Below, in pieces: positions 49,813 to 62,885 of a stretch of DNA of 64,000 bases. The notes beneath the pieces are model-generated. The model did not search any database. It was given only the letters and a program-made list of their open reading frames with translations, and was not told where the DNA came from. Position 1 is the first letter of the stretch. The number at the start of each line of letters is the position of its first letter. Source of the stretch: Octopus vulgaris (taxonomy: Eukaryota); assembly GCA_951406725.2 (NCBI GenBank), contig OX597814.1, positions 166,098,001 to 166,162,000 on the forward strand, given 5' to 3'. The position numbers and the translations under genes were made by a program.

Positions 49813-51837
49813 CAGGGGTGTGTAATTTATGGCCTGTGGGCTGCATGTGGCCCACCACAGAGTTTTCAGTGGCCCACAGAAGCATTCAGCAAGAAAAATT
49901 TTCCAAGTCTAAAATTTTCATAAATTGATCAGTTTTCTCTTTGCATCAATAAGATCTGTAATGTTCTGATCCGAGAAAACATGGGCCCTCTTAAAAAGCA
50001 CAAAATCGAAAAAGAATGCTGCGCATTCAATGAAGACTGGAAACACAAATATTTGTTCAATAATTCAGGGAATAAGGCAGAGTGTTTACTGTGTCATGAG
50101 ACAGTTGCCATATTCAAGGAATACAATTTGAAATGACACCACCAAACAAAACATGGTGAGTTTGGTAGTCAAATGTCCAAGAAAAAATGCAGGAAAAAAA
50201 GCTGCTGAGTGTGTTGTGAAGCTGAAGAAGCAACAGACCATATTTACGAAGCAATTGACATGTCAGGATAGTACTACAGAGGCAAGCTACATGGTTGCAT
50301 ACTACCTTGCTAAAAACAAGCCATTTTCTGATGGTGAATTTGTTAAGCAGTGCTTGGTTGTGCAAGTGTCCTGTGCCCTGACACAAGAAGCAAATTTGAA
50401 ACCTTTTCATTATCAAGGACTATGGTGCAACACATAGACTTAATTAGTGACGAACTAACAGAACAGCTGAACACTGGGAGTAAAAATTTTATTTGGTTTT
50501 CTTTGGCACTGGATGAGAGCAATGTTACTTATCTTTGAGGAATTGATGAAAATTTCATCATCACAGAGGAACTACTTAGTTTGGAATCAATGAAAAATAC
50601 AACCACTGTTTAAATGTGTTGTGGATTGTGTGGAGAAGAGTGCCTTATTATGGAATACAATGGCAAGCATTACAACAGATGGGGCCAGAGCATTTACTGG
50701 AAAAAATGTAGGTATGATTAAACTTTTAGAGAACAAGTTAAAATCAGAACATCCAGACAATGATATCTTGTCTTTTCAATTTATTTTGCATCAGGAAAGC
50801 TTCTGCAAAACCATATTGAATCTAAAGCATGTGGTGGATCCTGTTGTGAGCATGGTGAACACAATCAGAGCAAGAGCACTCTACCATCAACAATTTAAAT
50901 CTCTGCTAGTGGATAAGGAAGCAGAACATGGAGATGTGATTTACCACAACAGTGTTTGGTGGTTGAGCCTGGGCAAAATGGTAAAACAGGTTTCTGAATA
51001 ACAGAATGAAATCTTCCTCTTTCTGGACATGAAGGGGCCTTCATGTGATTTTGTAACCAAAATGGGATGTGAGGAGTGGAGATGTGAGATAATGTTTGCA
51101 GCTGATATGTTTGAGAAATTGAATGAATGGAATGTGACATTGCAGGGAAAGGGGTTGTTTGTACATGAAATGTTTAGGCATGTGAGATCATTCAAAACAA
51201 AAGTAGATTTATTTGCAAAGCAAGCTGGTGAGGGCAAGTTTTATCATTTCCTTTTATTAAGAAAACAAAGAAGTGTTTCTTCCAAGATTAGGGATCATTT
51301 TCTGAGTTTGGAGGATGAGATCAAAAGAAGGTTTCAGGGTTTTAAGAAAATTGAGCCTGATTTAAATTTGTTATCTTATCCTTTCACTGCTGATATTGAT
51401 ACAGCACATGAGGAGGTGCAGTTTGAACTAACAGACATGCAGTTAGATCACATGCTGAAAGTAATGTTTAACTCTGTGACATTGACAGAATTTTACAAAT
51501 CTCTATCTACTAACAAATTTCCATGTTTGAAGAAATTTGCTGGGAAAATGTTTTCTATTTTTGGATCCACATATGTTTGTGAGCAAAGATTTTCTTGCAT
51601 GCAAATCAACAAGAGTAAAAAATAGATCCTCTGTGAGTGACATAAACATGCAGGCAGTGATGAGTATCTCAACAAGCAACCTCACAACTGATTTCAAAAG
51701 ATTTGTGAATAAGTGTGACAGGTTACATTTGTCTCATTAAATTACTTATGCTGGCTGATGTGTAATTTGCACATAAATGAATTTAATGAAGCCTTTTCTG
51801 TGTACCACTATTGTTTTAGTTTCATTTATTGTTATTA

Positions 51838-51886
<49 letters not shown>

Positions 51887-52017
51887 GTAATTTACACTTC
51901 TCATTAAATGAAATGTAATGTTAACTAATGAATATGATCAGTTATAGAAGGTGCAGCCCTCTGCTAACCCCGACCCTCTCAAAGTGACCCCTGAGCCAAA
52001 ACAATTGCCCACCCCTG
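49813..52017 (+). mobile_element. Near full-length decayed hAT transposon (Buster/SPIN/Charlie-like)
   Basis: CAGGGGTG..CACCCCTG TIRs. Transposase pseudogene at ~49981-51740 with CLLC..KEYNL..H..KH, FSLALDES, ITTDGA, ILHQE, WLSLGK and FGSTYVCEQ.FS. Multiple stops and frameshifts, TSD not preserved. Confidence 0.92.
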
Positions 52018-55000
52018 CTGTTTAACATTTTCTGTTTAATAACCTCTGTTTAACACTCTTTGTGTCATTCAATAAATCATGTGATTTGTAAATACAGGTT
52101 TGAAATAGGACAGAACGTTCATAGACTATATCAATGACAGATAATATGTTTGGCTATGTTATATTAATGAAAAGATATCATGTTGTAAAATGTACATTTA
52201 TATTTTTTTTGCTTTACAAAGTCAATTGGTTAACCCTTTCATTACTATATTTCTGACCAAAATACACCCCTCATGAGTTTCAATTAAATTCTAAAATAAT
52301 CATGAATTTAGACTAGTTTCATTAAATAACTGTAACTTTTTTACTTATCAACATATTAATGTGATATTTGGAACATAATTAAAGAAAGGGTTCTTAATCA
52401 ATTCTATTGCATAACTTTTATCTCAAAGTGACTTTAATTACAGGTAAATCCAGGTAAACTTAGAAAAAGGTAAAAATATCAAAATTTTGTTTAATGCGTA
52501 TAGGAAAATGTTTATGACAACAATAATAATTTGTAGAGTCAAATGTGTGCAAGCAGATAAATGGTCATTAGTAACAAAATAAAAGTGAAATCAGCTAAAC
52601 ACACATGCATTTAAACTGGTGGAAATTACTCTGTTGATACTAGACCAAAGCTAGAAAAAAAATCAAGGGAGAATGAAATAAGATAGCTACCTGTCTCTAC
52701 TAAGACAGCTAATGAATAGTCTGCAAAGAATTTGATTTTTCTTTAAATAGCCAAAAGGTGGCTCAACAAACTATTAACTTCTTATTGGCCAAAATTTCTA
52801 AATGGTAACTTTAATACATGTATGTAACAAGACACTGAAACCAAAGTTGTTACTTACAATATGCATCATCATCATCATCATCATCATCCTTGTTTAATGT
52901 CCGCTTTCCATGCTAGCATGGGTTGGACGATTTGACTGAGGGCTGGTGAACCAGATGGCTGCACTAGGTTCCAATCTTGATCTGGCAGAGTTTCTACAGC
53001 TGGATGCTCTTCCTAACGCCAACCACTCCAAGAGTGTAGTGGGTGCTTTTACATGCCACTGGCACAGGGCCAGTCAGGTGGTACTAGCAATGACCTCGCA
53101 TGAATGTTTTTACGCATGCCACTGGCACAAGTGTCAGTAAGGTGACACGGGTAACGATCACGCTCGAATGGTGCCTTTTACATGCCACTGGCATGAAAGC
53201 CAGTTAGACGCTCTGGCAACGATCACGCTTGGATGGTGCTCTTAGCACCCTACTAGCATGGGGCACAAGTGCCAGTAAGGCGACACTGGTAACGATCACA
53301 CTCGAATGGTACCTTTTATGTCCCACTGGCATGGAAGCCAGTCATTGAATTTGATTTCAAACTGACAATCTTTAATCAGATGAAGAGGCATTCTTTGAGT
53401 CAATGAAAGAGTCTCTATGTATTGATTTGACTTGCTACAAATATCAGTTAATTATACCTTAAATCACATATTAGTGTCTTAGAAAAGAAAATACATGTTA
53501 AATAATATAGCTCTAGTTATACTATACATGAAAAAAAAAATAATAAAAGTCAATATAGTCATTGCTGGAACACTTTTGGTCATAAGTTTGCTCAGTCAGA
53601 GCTGATCTGGAGTTAAACAACTACAACAACAAATGATAATTTCTATCTTCCTACAAAAGTCCATCTGTTTAAATACAGTAGAACTTGAAATTGTCCTGAA
53701 TGAAGACTACAATATTTCTAATACTAAGTGAGTAAATGTCACTTCAAAGTGAGCTCTTTCTACTTCAAAGCGAGATTTCTGATTCAAATTAATTTATGTC
53801 ATTTTAAAGTGAGAACAATGATTTCAAAGTGAGATTAATACAAAAAGATTTACTTAACAGGAAATATAAAATCAAAATCAAAACATCAACTCTTTGTGGT
53901 AAATTTAATGTAATGTCATCATTTATCTTTCACAAGTTGAGTGATTGACTGTCATTTAATGCATGGTGCAAATAGGCATACATCCCATACATCACATCAC
54001 ATCTTTTGCCTTTGGGGAAAATTACTTGTTTTTTTTTAATTTTATATTGTCTAAAATTATAGTTTATTGTCCTTAAATTAATGCCTATATATGAACTAGG
54101 TCATTGTAATCTAATCCCCCCATTATAAAAATTTATGAACAGATCACAAGTGATGTTGGTCATAGGCATTTTTGACTGAGAGAAAACGAGTTATACAGTG
54201 GGAACTAACTCTCTTCATTGCCACAACTGTTAATTAAAAAATAGCAGTTTCTTTTATTTTGTTTTGTGTTTTATATCACAGCATTATATCATTATATTCT
54301 CTGATTGACAATCTTCTCTATTTCATCCTCTGTATGGAAAGATACGTTGTTTATTACCCGTTAAATTGAGTAAGTTTGTCTTGTTAAAGTAAAATATACA
54401 CATATTGAAATCACTATTTTCTCTTTATTCTCACTTTGAAGTGACATGTGTTCATTTAGAATCACAAATATTGTGGATATTTTTATTGTTTTTGATGGCA
54501 TGTGCATTAGGTATGCAAGCAAACACCATACTGTTTATTATGCAGAATTACTTAATTTCTGAACAAAATGTATGTTTATATACAAACAAATTTATTATTT
54601 CAGTATATTTACTTAGTGATTTGTTTACTACCACTTCAACATGCTGCATGAAGCTACAACTTGCTGATGATGGTCAGTAAGGTAGAAACATGTTAGGAGT
54701 TGTCTCCTATACACACTGGAAAAATATTAAAAAAATGTTATTCATCAATTAAATATTGCTTTTTCCCCCCATTACATATTTTACTCTGCCTCAAATTTTT
54801 CATGATAGCACATATTAGAAATGCTGACAACCATTTGTTTTCTTTTTATATTTTTATATCCCTCTATTCTGCATTCAAATTCTGCAAGGCTCTTCAATTA
54901 TTTTCTATCTCTCTAACTAGTTTCAATCTGGCTGCAGATTTGTTGGAGAAGTGCCTTCAGAGGTTTTTAATACCCAATACATTCTCTGATACTTATTTCC

Positions 55001-55780
55001 TTATTCTTGTAATACAGGAAATGTGAAACCAATGTGGTATAATGGAGATAATTCAATCAAACATTAAGGCCACAGGGCTGTCCCTGTTCAATGTACTAGT
55101 TCTTGCATTTTTTAGTGGCACCAGCACTAGTGACACTGCTTTTTAACTTGCATGATTTAAGGCCTAAGGAGAACCCTATAACTGAAGGAGGGAGAGGGAG
55201 AGACAGACAGACAGAGAACGGGTAAGAGAGAATGGGAGAGAGACAAACAGAGAGAGAGAGAAAGGGAGAGAGAGAGAGAGAGAGAGAGAGCAATGATTTT
55301 AGGCTTGGTGATGAGAGAGGGTGAAGTATAATGTGAGGAATGGATTTGTTGTTGTAGTAATGGTAGAGTTCTAGTATTAACAGTTACTATTAGGGGAGGG
55401 GCATGGAAGGAACAGGGAAAATGGAAGTATTAGTGTCAGTGATAACTGGGAAAGAGATAGTGATATCTGAGAAACAGAAGGTGGTTAGGATGATGAGGTG
55501 GTATGTATAGGGGGTGAGCAAGCTTATCCACATTTTAAGAGGGTGTTTTGGGTTGAAGGTGTTAGGGAAATATGGAAAAGAGAGAAAAGATGTGGATGGA
55601 AAGGATCCAGAGAGAGAGAGAGAAATAGAAGTGCAAAGGTCATTGGATGGGGTGTAGGCCAAAGAGATGAGAGGATGTTGAAGTGGCAATGATGTTATGA
55701 GGAGAGTGAGAGAAAAGGGGGCAGAGAAAGAGTTATTGATACCAGCTGGTGAGTAGAGCATTACTAGTGGTGAAATGAGA

Positions 55781-56340
55781 GAAATCGATTACTTCTACCT
55801 TTTCAGGACGACTAAAGACTAAATCAGGTATCAGTTTGGAACCTCCTATAATATAAGAAGGCTCCACACTGACACCTCAATTGTAGTCTACAGCTTCCTT
55901 CACTACCAGATTACAGATTTTATTGTGTCTGGCAAGCTGTGGCCCTATAAGAGAGCCACAAACTCCACTGACATGAAAGATCATCTCCACTCCTACTCTA
56001 CACCTTGGACACATGGAGTCCCCTTGGCCTCCACATGTCAAGGTCTCTCAGGTGGGAAAAACATTGGAGCGCATCTTGAGAAGACTCAAGAAGCACCTCT
56101 CTGTAATCTCACCCAGTCTACTTATTCAACTATTGCCAATTGCATCCCCACGAAATGCCGCCGCACACGCCCCATGCACCGGTTGGGCTGCCCATCTACG
56201 GGAGTGCACCAGCCGAAAGTCAGGGTCATATTCGGTAGCATCAGCAGGAGGCAACAGCAAATCAAAGGATGCTATCAATTGCTGATTCTGTTCGGCTAAT
56301 CCTGCAGAATCCGCAATCTTTTCAATGGAGGCGTAACTTG
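55781..56340 (-). mobile_element. R2-like retrotransposon C-terminal fragment
   Basis: My minus-strand translation: LKMRSNVFPT*ET..CPRC..EMIFHVSGVC..ARHNKI..V.VEP..LIPDLV..VIDF (CCHC, RHN, PD..D), with three TGA stops. Confidence 0.75.
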
Positions 56341-56344
56341 ACGT

Positions 56345-57170
56345 CAGTAGATGAAGATTATGGCAGATGACATACTTGGGGGATCAGCCTCACCATCTGG
56401 TGAAGACTTAACCTGCCATCACATTGGCTGCTATACAAGAAGCAAGAAGATGTGGTTTCTGGGAGATGAAGTATCCACCTAGCTCATACACGGATAACTG
56501 TGTCATTTGGAACTTGAAAAAAGTCTTGCATATTTTTATGATCCACTCATAGATTATATTTGTAATGTACGAATCAGCCGGTCAATTTCTCTTTTTGAAA
56601 ATCCCAGTTTATCCAGATTTTCCTTGAAGCATTTACTAACAAAACCTAGTGCTCCAATTATTATTGATATGAATATGAATTCATAGTCTGGATATAGAAG
56701 CTGGAGGTTTCGAAGCAGTTCTCCATAGATATCTTCTTTTTCTTTAATTTTCAAAGAGATAATTATATCTGCAGAACAGCTGACATCTATGATGGTACCC
56801 TCTTTTGCCCTTCTGTCCCAACCAGCAATATCTAGCCTGTTATAATTACATTTGACAGAAGTTTTGATGAGAATATTCAACCAGTATTCGTTGAGTTGGT
56901 GTTTATGAATGTATTCCATAACAGAGGGATTTTCTAAGTTTATTTCAGGACAGTCTTTTTTTTGAATGGCATTGTAAATTGTTTTAGCAACAACATTGTG
57001 CCACATAGAGAGGTAGTGCTGTAACAACATTTTAGGACAACTGCTAATCATATACATAATGTCATCACAGAAACATGACATAGCCTATATATGCGGATGC
57101 ACCTTGGGATTACAAGAATGTCACAGTCTCTCTTATTTACCAGGTACTTTGTGGCAATCTCCTGTTCTTG
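56345..57170 (-). mobile_element. R4/Dong-like RLE retrotransposon 3' fragment
   Basis: ORF 56554-57081 has a decayed zinc knuckle (ISSCPKM), HNVVAK, NRLDI, IIDVSC, EKEDIY and IIGALG. Confidence 0.8.
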
Positions 57171-58157
57171 GATTGCATGTATATGTATGTATGTATGTAT
57201 GTGTGCGTGCGTGCGTGTATGTATGTATGTATGTATGTATGTATGTATGTATGTATGTATGTATGCATGTATTGTTATTGGTTAGTCTGAAGCTATGGTA
57301 AAGGCACTTGCTCAAAGCACTCGCATAGTAACCAAAACCCAAAACTATATGGTTGTGAAGCAAACTTCTTAACTTCACAGACATATATATCCTCACGGAA
57401 CCATAAAATATTTGCCAATAATATACTGGAATTAATCATTCAATCAAACTACAACTTCTTTTATTTACAAAAATTTTAGAAATCAATATTCACTCACATA
57501 TTCTCTAAAAGACTAATACAACGATGGTTTGGGGAGTTATTGGTGATGTTAGATTTTCACCAGTTGTAATCGGTGTGAGTGCTTTATCTTAAATTCCATA
57601 ATGAAAATTCCTCAGTTGCTGGATTACCTCTGAATTTACTGCTCTTACCATTTTCCCCCTTTGTTTCACTCTGAATATAATATGAAATCTCACACATTTT
57701 TCCTCTTTTCATAGCTGAGCATTATTGCAAATATATATCTTTATATTTTATTTTATCTTTATTAATCATATAATGTGGTAAAGATTATCTAGTTATATGA
57801 TTTGTAACTGAAATCCCTTGAGGCTTTAATCTGAAACTGGTATATTTAATTAATTCGAACATGACAACTTAATATGATAAGAGCCGAACAAAGCTTAAAA
57901 ACAGATTTGATATAATATGATATTCTGAAAAGAACAAAATACGGAATAATGAACTAGAAACAATGCTGCTCCTGAGTTTGTGATAGACTGGGATTTTTGG
58001 AATCGATGCTAATAAATATAATACGTGTGTGTGTGTGTGTGTGTCTGCATGTGTGTGTGTTGTGTTATGTTTGAACATGTGTGCATGCTTGTGCGGTGTG
58101 TGTGTGTGTGTGTGTTTGTGTGGTATGTGGGTGTGTAAATGTATGAATATACAGATA

Positions 58158-58342
58158 TCATCATCATTGTCATCATCGTCATCGTCATGATCATCGTCAT
58201 GATCATCGTCATCATCATCATCGTCGTCATCATCATCATCATCATCATCATCACCATCATCATCACATCATCATTGTCATCATCATCGTCGTCATCATCA
58301 TCGTCATCGTCATCATCGTCGTCATCATCATCATCATCATCA
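58158..58342. repeat. Long (CAT/CGT)n microsatellite
   Basis: Direct reading. It explains the poly-D, poly-M and poly-S ORFs here. Confidence 0.95.
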
Positions 58343-58453
58343 TATGTATGCATGTCATTAACTGTAAGAGAGATTATGAATAAGTACGTAATGCAAAATA
58401 GAAGCTGTTAGAAATTCAAAAGGAGTAAATTTTCCTTTTTTATTTCTTTCTCT

Positions 58454-58491
<38 letters not shown>

Positions 58492-58859
58492 CTGGACTTT
58501 GTGGGTACTAAATCAGCTAAGCATGTAGCCTTACTAATGAAGCTGACCTTCAGGCAGTAAATTATGCCTTGTGGGTTTTGAGTTAGAGTTGCAGAGAAGT
58601 AGAGATGTTTGATTTTGACTACAAGCTGAAACATAGATGGTTTGTATATCCTGTTAATAATATTGCTGCATGCTTATCGATAAGACCAATTTAATTGTTA
58701 AATGACCTAACCTGACTAACTGTAAACACATACTACAATGCAGGAATGCAGTAGAGCTGATAAAAATTTTGCTAAATTGAAGCGATAGGTTTAGCTTCTC
58801 GAGAGATGATTTACATAAGAACAGGTCCATCAAATTAACCTGTCCCAGATGCTATATAT

Positions 58860-59510
58860 CATCATCATCATCGTCATCATTGTCATCGTCGTCGTCGTCG
58901 TCATCGTCATCATCAGCTGCAGCAGCAGCAGCATTTAACGTCCATTTTCAATGCTGGTATGGGTTGGACGGTTGACAGGAACTGGTAAGGCTAGGGACCA
59001 CACAAGGTTCCTTAGTCTGTTTTGGTTTGGTTTTTTTTTTAATGGTTGAATGCCCTTCCTAATGCCATCCACTCCACAGAGTGTACTGGGTGCTTTTTAT
59101 GTTGCACTATCATAGGTGCTTTTTAAGTGGCACCAGCACCAGTGCTTTTTATGTGGTATCTTGGTTTTACAATCTCAATTCTGTTGTGGTGGGTTGATCT
59201 TCTCAAGTACAGCAATGTTCCACATATCTCAGTCCTCTATCATCTCTTTTGTAAGGTTCAGTGTTTTGAGATTGGCCTTGAATACTTCATCCCATATCTT
59301 TCTGGGTCTCCATCTTCCACAACTTCCCTCCACTTTAAGTGATCTGTTCTTCTTTATGCAGCTGTTCTTATCCATGCACACCACAAGACCAAACCAGTGC
59401 AGTCTCCTCTCTTGTGTATTACATCTAATCTCTCTTATACCCAACTTCTCCCTCAACAATACTCTGTCACACATGCACACTAACATTGCACATCCAGCAG
59501 AGCGTACCAG
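58860..59510 (-). mobile_element. RTE LINE 3' end with its 3' UTR
   Basis: RRLHWFGLV..VEGSCGRWRPRKIW runs directly into the (GAT)n-tailed repeat. Confidence 0.8.
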
Positions 59511-59936
59511 CATACCTATATATTACGTCGGAAATAATCTTGCTCACTAAAGGTTCTGAAATTCTATAATAGGGTTAAGACTAGGAATTAAGTAGATTTA
59601 CAAATCAAAGCTTGAGAATGATGCTTGTTGCAACAATCTCCTAGACATCTCTGTCATTAGCAGTCCAATGAGATGACTGGGCACAGCTGTTCGTATGCTG
59701 ACATTTTGGCATGGATGACTGAACATTCATCCTGTTTTTAATGACTGTATGTTTTGGTGCTGGAGGCAAACGCACACACACACACACACAATGTATACAC
59801 ACAAGTGCATGCAGATATATACATATATAGATAGAGAGGAGAGAGAGAAGGAGAAAGATATTACACATACATAGAAACATACCTAGATGCTCACATATAT
59901 AAACAAGGAAATAAACTGATAGATAGATAGATAGAT

Positions 59937-59979
<43 letters not shown>

Positions 59980-59991
59980 GAGAAATATTAA

Positions 59992-60191
59992 CCCTTTAGC
60001 ATTCAGATTACTCTGTCAAATGTAATGTTTCTTTGTTCACGTTGTTTTGAATTATTCATGCATTATCTTGTAGCTTTGAGATTTCAATGATGTGATTGTT
60101 AATTTTTAGAATGACATTGCAAGGGAAGTGTGAGAGGTTAGACCTGGCCTGTTTGAACAGGTTAGACTTGGCCTGTTAAAATGCTAAAGGG
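59992..60191. mobile_element. piggyBac-like MITE, uninterrupted copy
   Basis: ttaa|ccctttagcatt..aatgctaaaggg|ttga. It shows the empty site of the SINE at 32985. Confidence 0.8.
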
Positions 60192-61589
60192 TTGAAATGT
60201 CTGATGTCTAATAAGTCTGCTTTGAATCAGTGATGCTCAATAGGCAGTGCCAAAGCAGTTGTGCCAAAACGTCAGATACCCCATCAGCAAAACCTCTTTG
60301 CACAAGAGTTGACTCTGATTTCATGAAGAAAATTTGAAAATTAACAACAAATTGTAAGGCTGAATTTAAGAATAGGTGAAAAAAGTTGAATTTTATAAAT
60401 TTACACTTGCTAAAGGGATTTCTAAATTTATAAACAAAATAAAGGTATTTCTAAACCCACTGTTAAATAATGGTATCTAAACTTATAGTCAAATAAAAGA
60501 GATTATGAATTTGAAATCAAATTGAGAGTAAAGAAAAGTTATGGGTGTAATAAGCTGTGGTTCTTAAATGGTGCATCCTGGTAAAGTGATACATTGTGAG
60601 TAACTAGGTATAATACAGTTTTTAAAAATCATCATCATCGTTTAATGTCCGCTTTCCATGCTAGCATGGGTTGGACGATTGACTGAGGGCTGGCGAACCA
60701 GATGGCTGCACCAGGCCTCAATCTTGATCTGGCAGAGTTTCTACAGCTGGATGCCCTTCCTAACACCAACCACTCCAAGAGTGTAGTGGGTGCTTTTACG
60801 TGCCAGTCAGGTGGTACTGGCAACGACCTCGCTCAAATCCTATACACATGCCACCGGCACAGGCGCCAGTAAGGCGATGCAGGTAATGATCACGCTTAAA
60901 TGGTGTCTTTTATGTGCCACCGGCACGGAGGCCAGAGAGCCACTCTGGCAATGGTCATGCTCGGATGGTGCTCTTAATACCCTACTAGCATGGGGCTCGA
61001 GTGCCTATAGTTTTAGGCTTTCAAAAATCTATACTAATGATTGAACATCATACACTATGTCTTCTTCCTATTTTTGTTACATATAATTATGATTAACAAA
61101 ACAAGGCAAGTAATTACATATATTTTTAAATTTTTTAACTTCAAAACATAGCCTTTTTTTTTAGTTTGTATGTATGCCAGCAATTATTTATTTGATCTTC
61201 AATGTGTCATGAAGTCAAAATAGTTGAGATCCGCAGGTATAAATAGAATAAAATCATTTGTTAAAAGTACTTGGATGTTGAAGGCTAGAATATAGTTATA
61301 TATAATTTTTCTGGTTTTAGTCATTAGACTTCAGTCTTACTGGGAGCACTACTTACAGTAGAGCTTAAAAATCTAGAAACTGGAGACTGAAATTTCTATA
61401 TAAGGTGTTGAGTAAGAGAAGTAACACACATTTATTTAAGATAGTGAAAATTGAAGTTTGATTAGAGATGGGTTAAAAAAAAAGTAGTTTGTATCTTGAG
61501 GAAAGGCTATGTTAATTGTTGGAGAAAGTGTGTGTTTGAATTATTTGAATTTTAAGAAATTAAAGATGTAATTAGTTAAGGTTGTTTAC

Positions 61590-61800
61590 TGGTTTTGAAT
61601 TCTGGCACAAGGCCAGCAATTCTGGGGGAGGACAAGTCGATTGCATTGGTCCCAGTGTTCAACTGGTAGTTATTTTATCAACCCTAAAAGGATGGAAGGC
61701 AAAGTCAATGTCAGTAGCATTTGAACTCAGAACATCAAGTCAGAAGAAATGCCGCTAAGCATTTTTACAATGTGAAAGTGATTCTGTCAGCATGCTATCT
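61590..61800 (-). mobile_element. SINE family A, older copy
   Basis: Degenerate match with a TSD-like gttaagg(t/c)tgttta on both sides. Confidence 0.7.
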
Positions 61801-62687
61801 TGTTAAGGCTGTTTATTGAAACTTAGGGAATTGAAGATGAATTTTTGAAGATTAGCAAAAATAAAGAAATAAATTACAATTTGAGAAGGTAAACATTTTT
61901 AAGGCTTATATGAAAAATGACTAGATACAAAATGCATAAATGAAAACATATTTAATCAAATATCATGTTTAGGGTACACATATAAAATAGAAAATAAAAA
62001 ATAAGTTGTAATATGAAATAGGGAGATATATTTATATGAAAATTGGTAAATGCAAATATTAAAGTTGCGTTATTGAACAGAAGTAGTTAAAAAATAGTTG
62101 TTAGAAATGTGTTTTTGAAACAGAAAATATATAAGTTCAATATTTGAGGATAACTCCTGAGAAAACGAAATGGTTAATTGTGTTCAGTATGTCCTTAGGC
62201 AGAGGAAAACTTGATAGTTGCACCTCCACATCACACCTATGTAGGTGTTCTCTTGTGACACAGGGCTGGGAGGACATGACATTGGTCAAGACTAACATAG
62301 CAAATATGCAAATGACCAGAGCAATATCAAGACTAGTTCTCAACATCTCCTTTTGAAAGGAATCTATGTTGGTTAGCCTGGGAACCATGAAACATCCCAG
62401 GAGTAGGAAACTGATTTTAACCTGAGCAGATGGATGTCTTGAGCATGGGAAGCGTTATGATCATCTGAAGGAAGGAACCCTGATAGGAAACCAACACCAT
62501 TTCAAGTTTTGAAGGTTGAGCATTGAAAAAATCACCCGATACAGGAAAGAATCTTCTGATTACAGACACTCAGAAGAATTTGCAACACATTGGCGAGGCA
62601 GTGGTTCCTAATTTGGAAACAGCAGGAAGCATGATATGCTTGAATGAATCTGGAATTAGGTGCAAGTCACAGCCATCGATGGGTAGT

Positions 62688-62739
<52 letters not shown>

Positions 62740-62885
62740 AGCCTCATGTGCTTCCTGACATGAAGTAGTAACTAGAAGAAATTATGCAAGAAGGTTTATA
62801 AATAGATAAAAACTACAGATGTTGGGTTTATATTTTTTTAAAGGAGGAAGATTTATGATCAGTAGTATTCGTAAATATAACAAAA

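Noticed and set aside
55390-55761. Minus-strand LYSPAGINNSFS resembling a PLE ORF end
   Set aside because: The match is too short and lies in low-complexity purine-rich sequence.
58009-58411. Poly-D, poly-M, poly-I and poly-S ORFs
   Set aside because: Artefacts of the (CAT)n microsatellite.
57490-58630. Possible minus-strand exons of a second gene (ttcag acceptors, gtgagt donor)
   Set aside because: The 57.5 kb candidate has stops in all frames, phases do not join and no protein is recognisable. A non-coding exon cannot be excluded.
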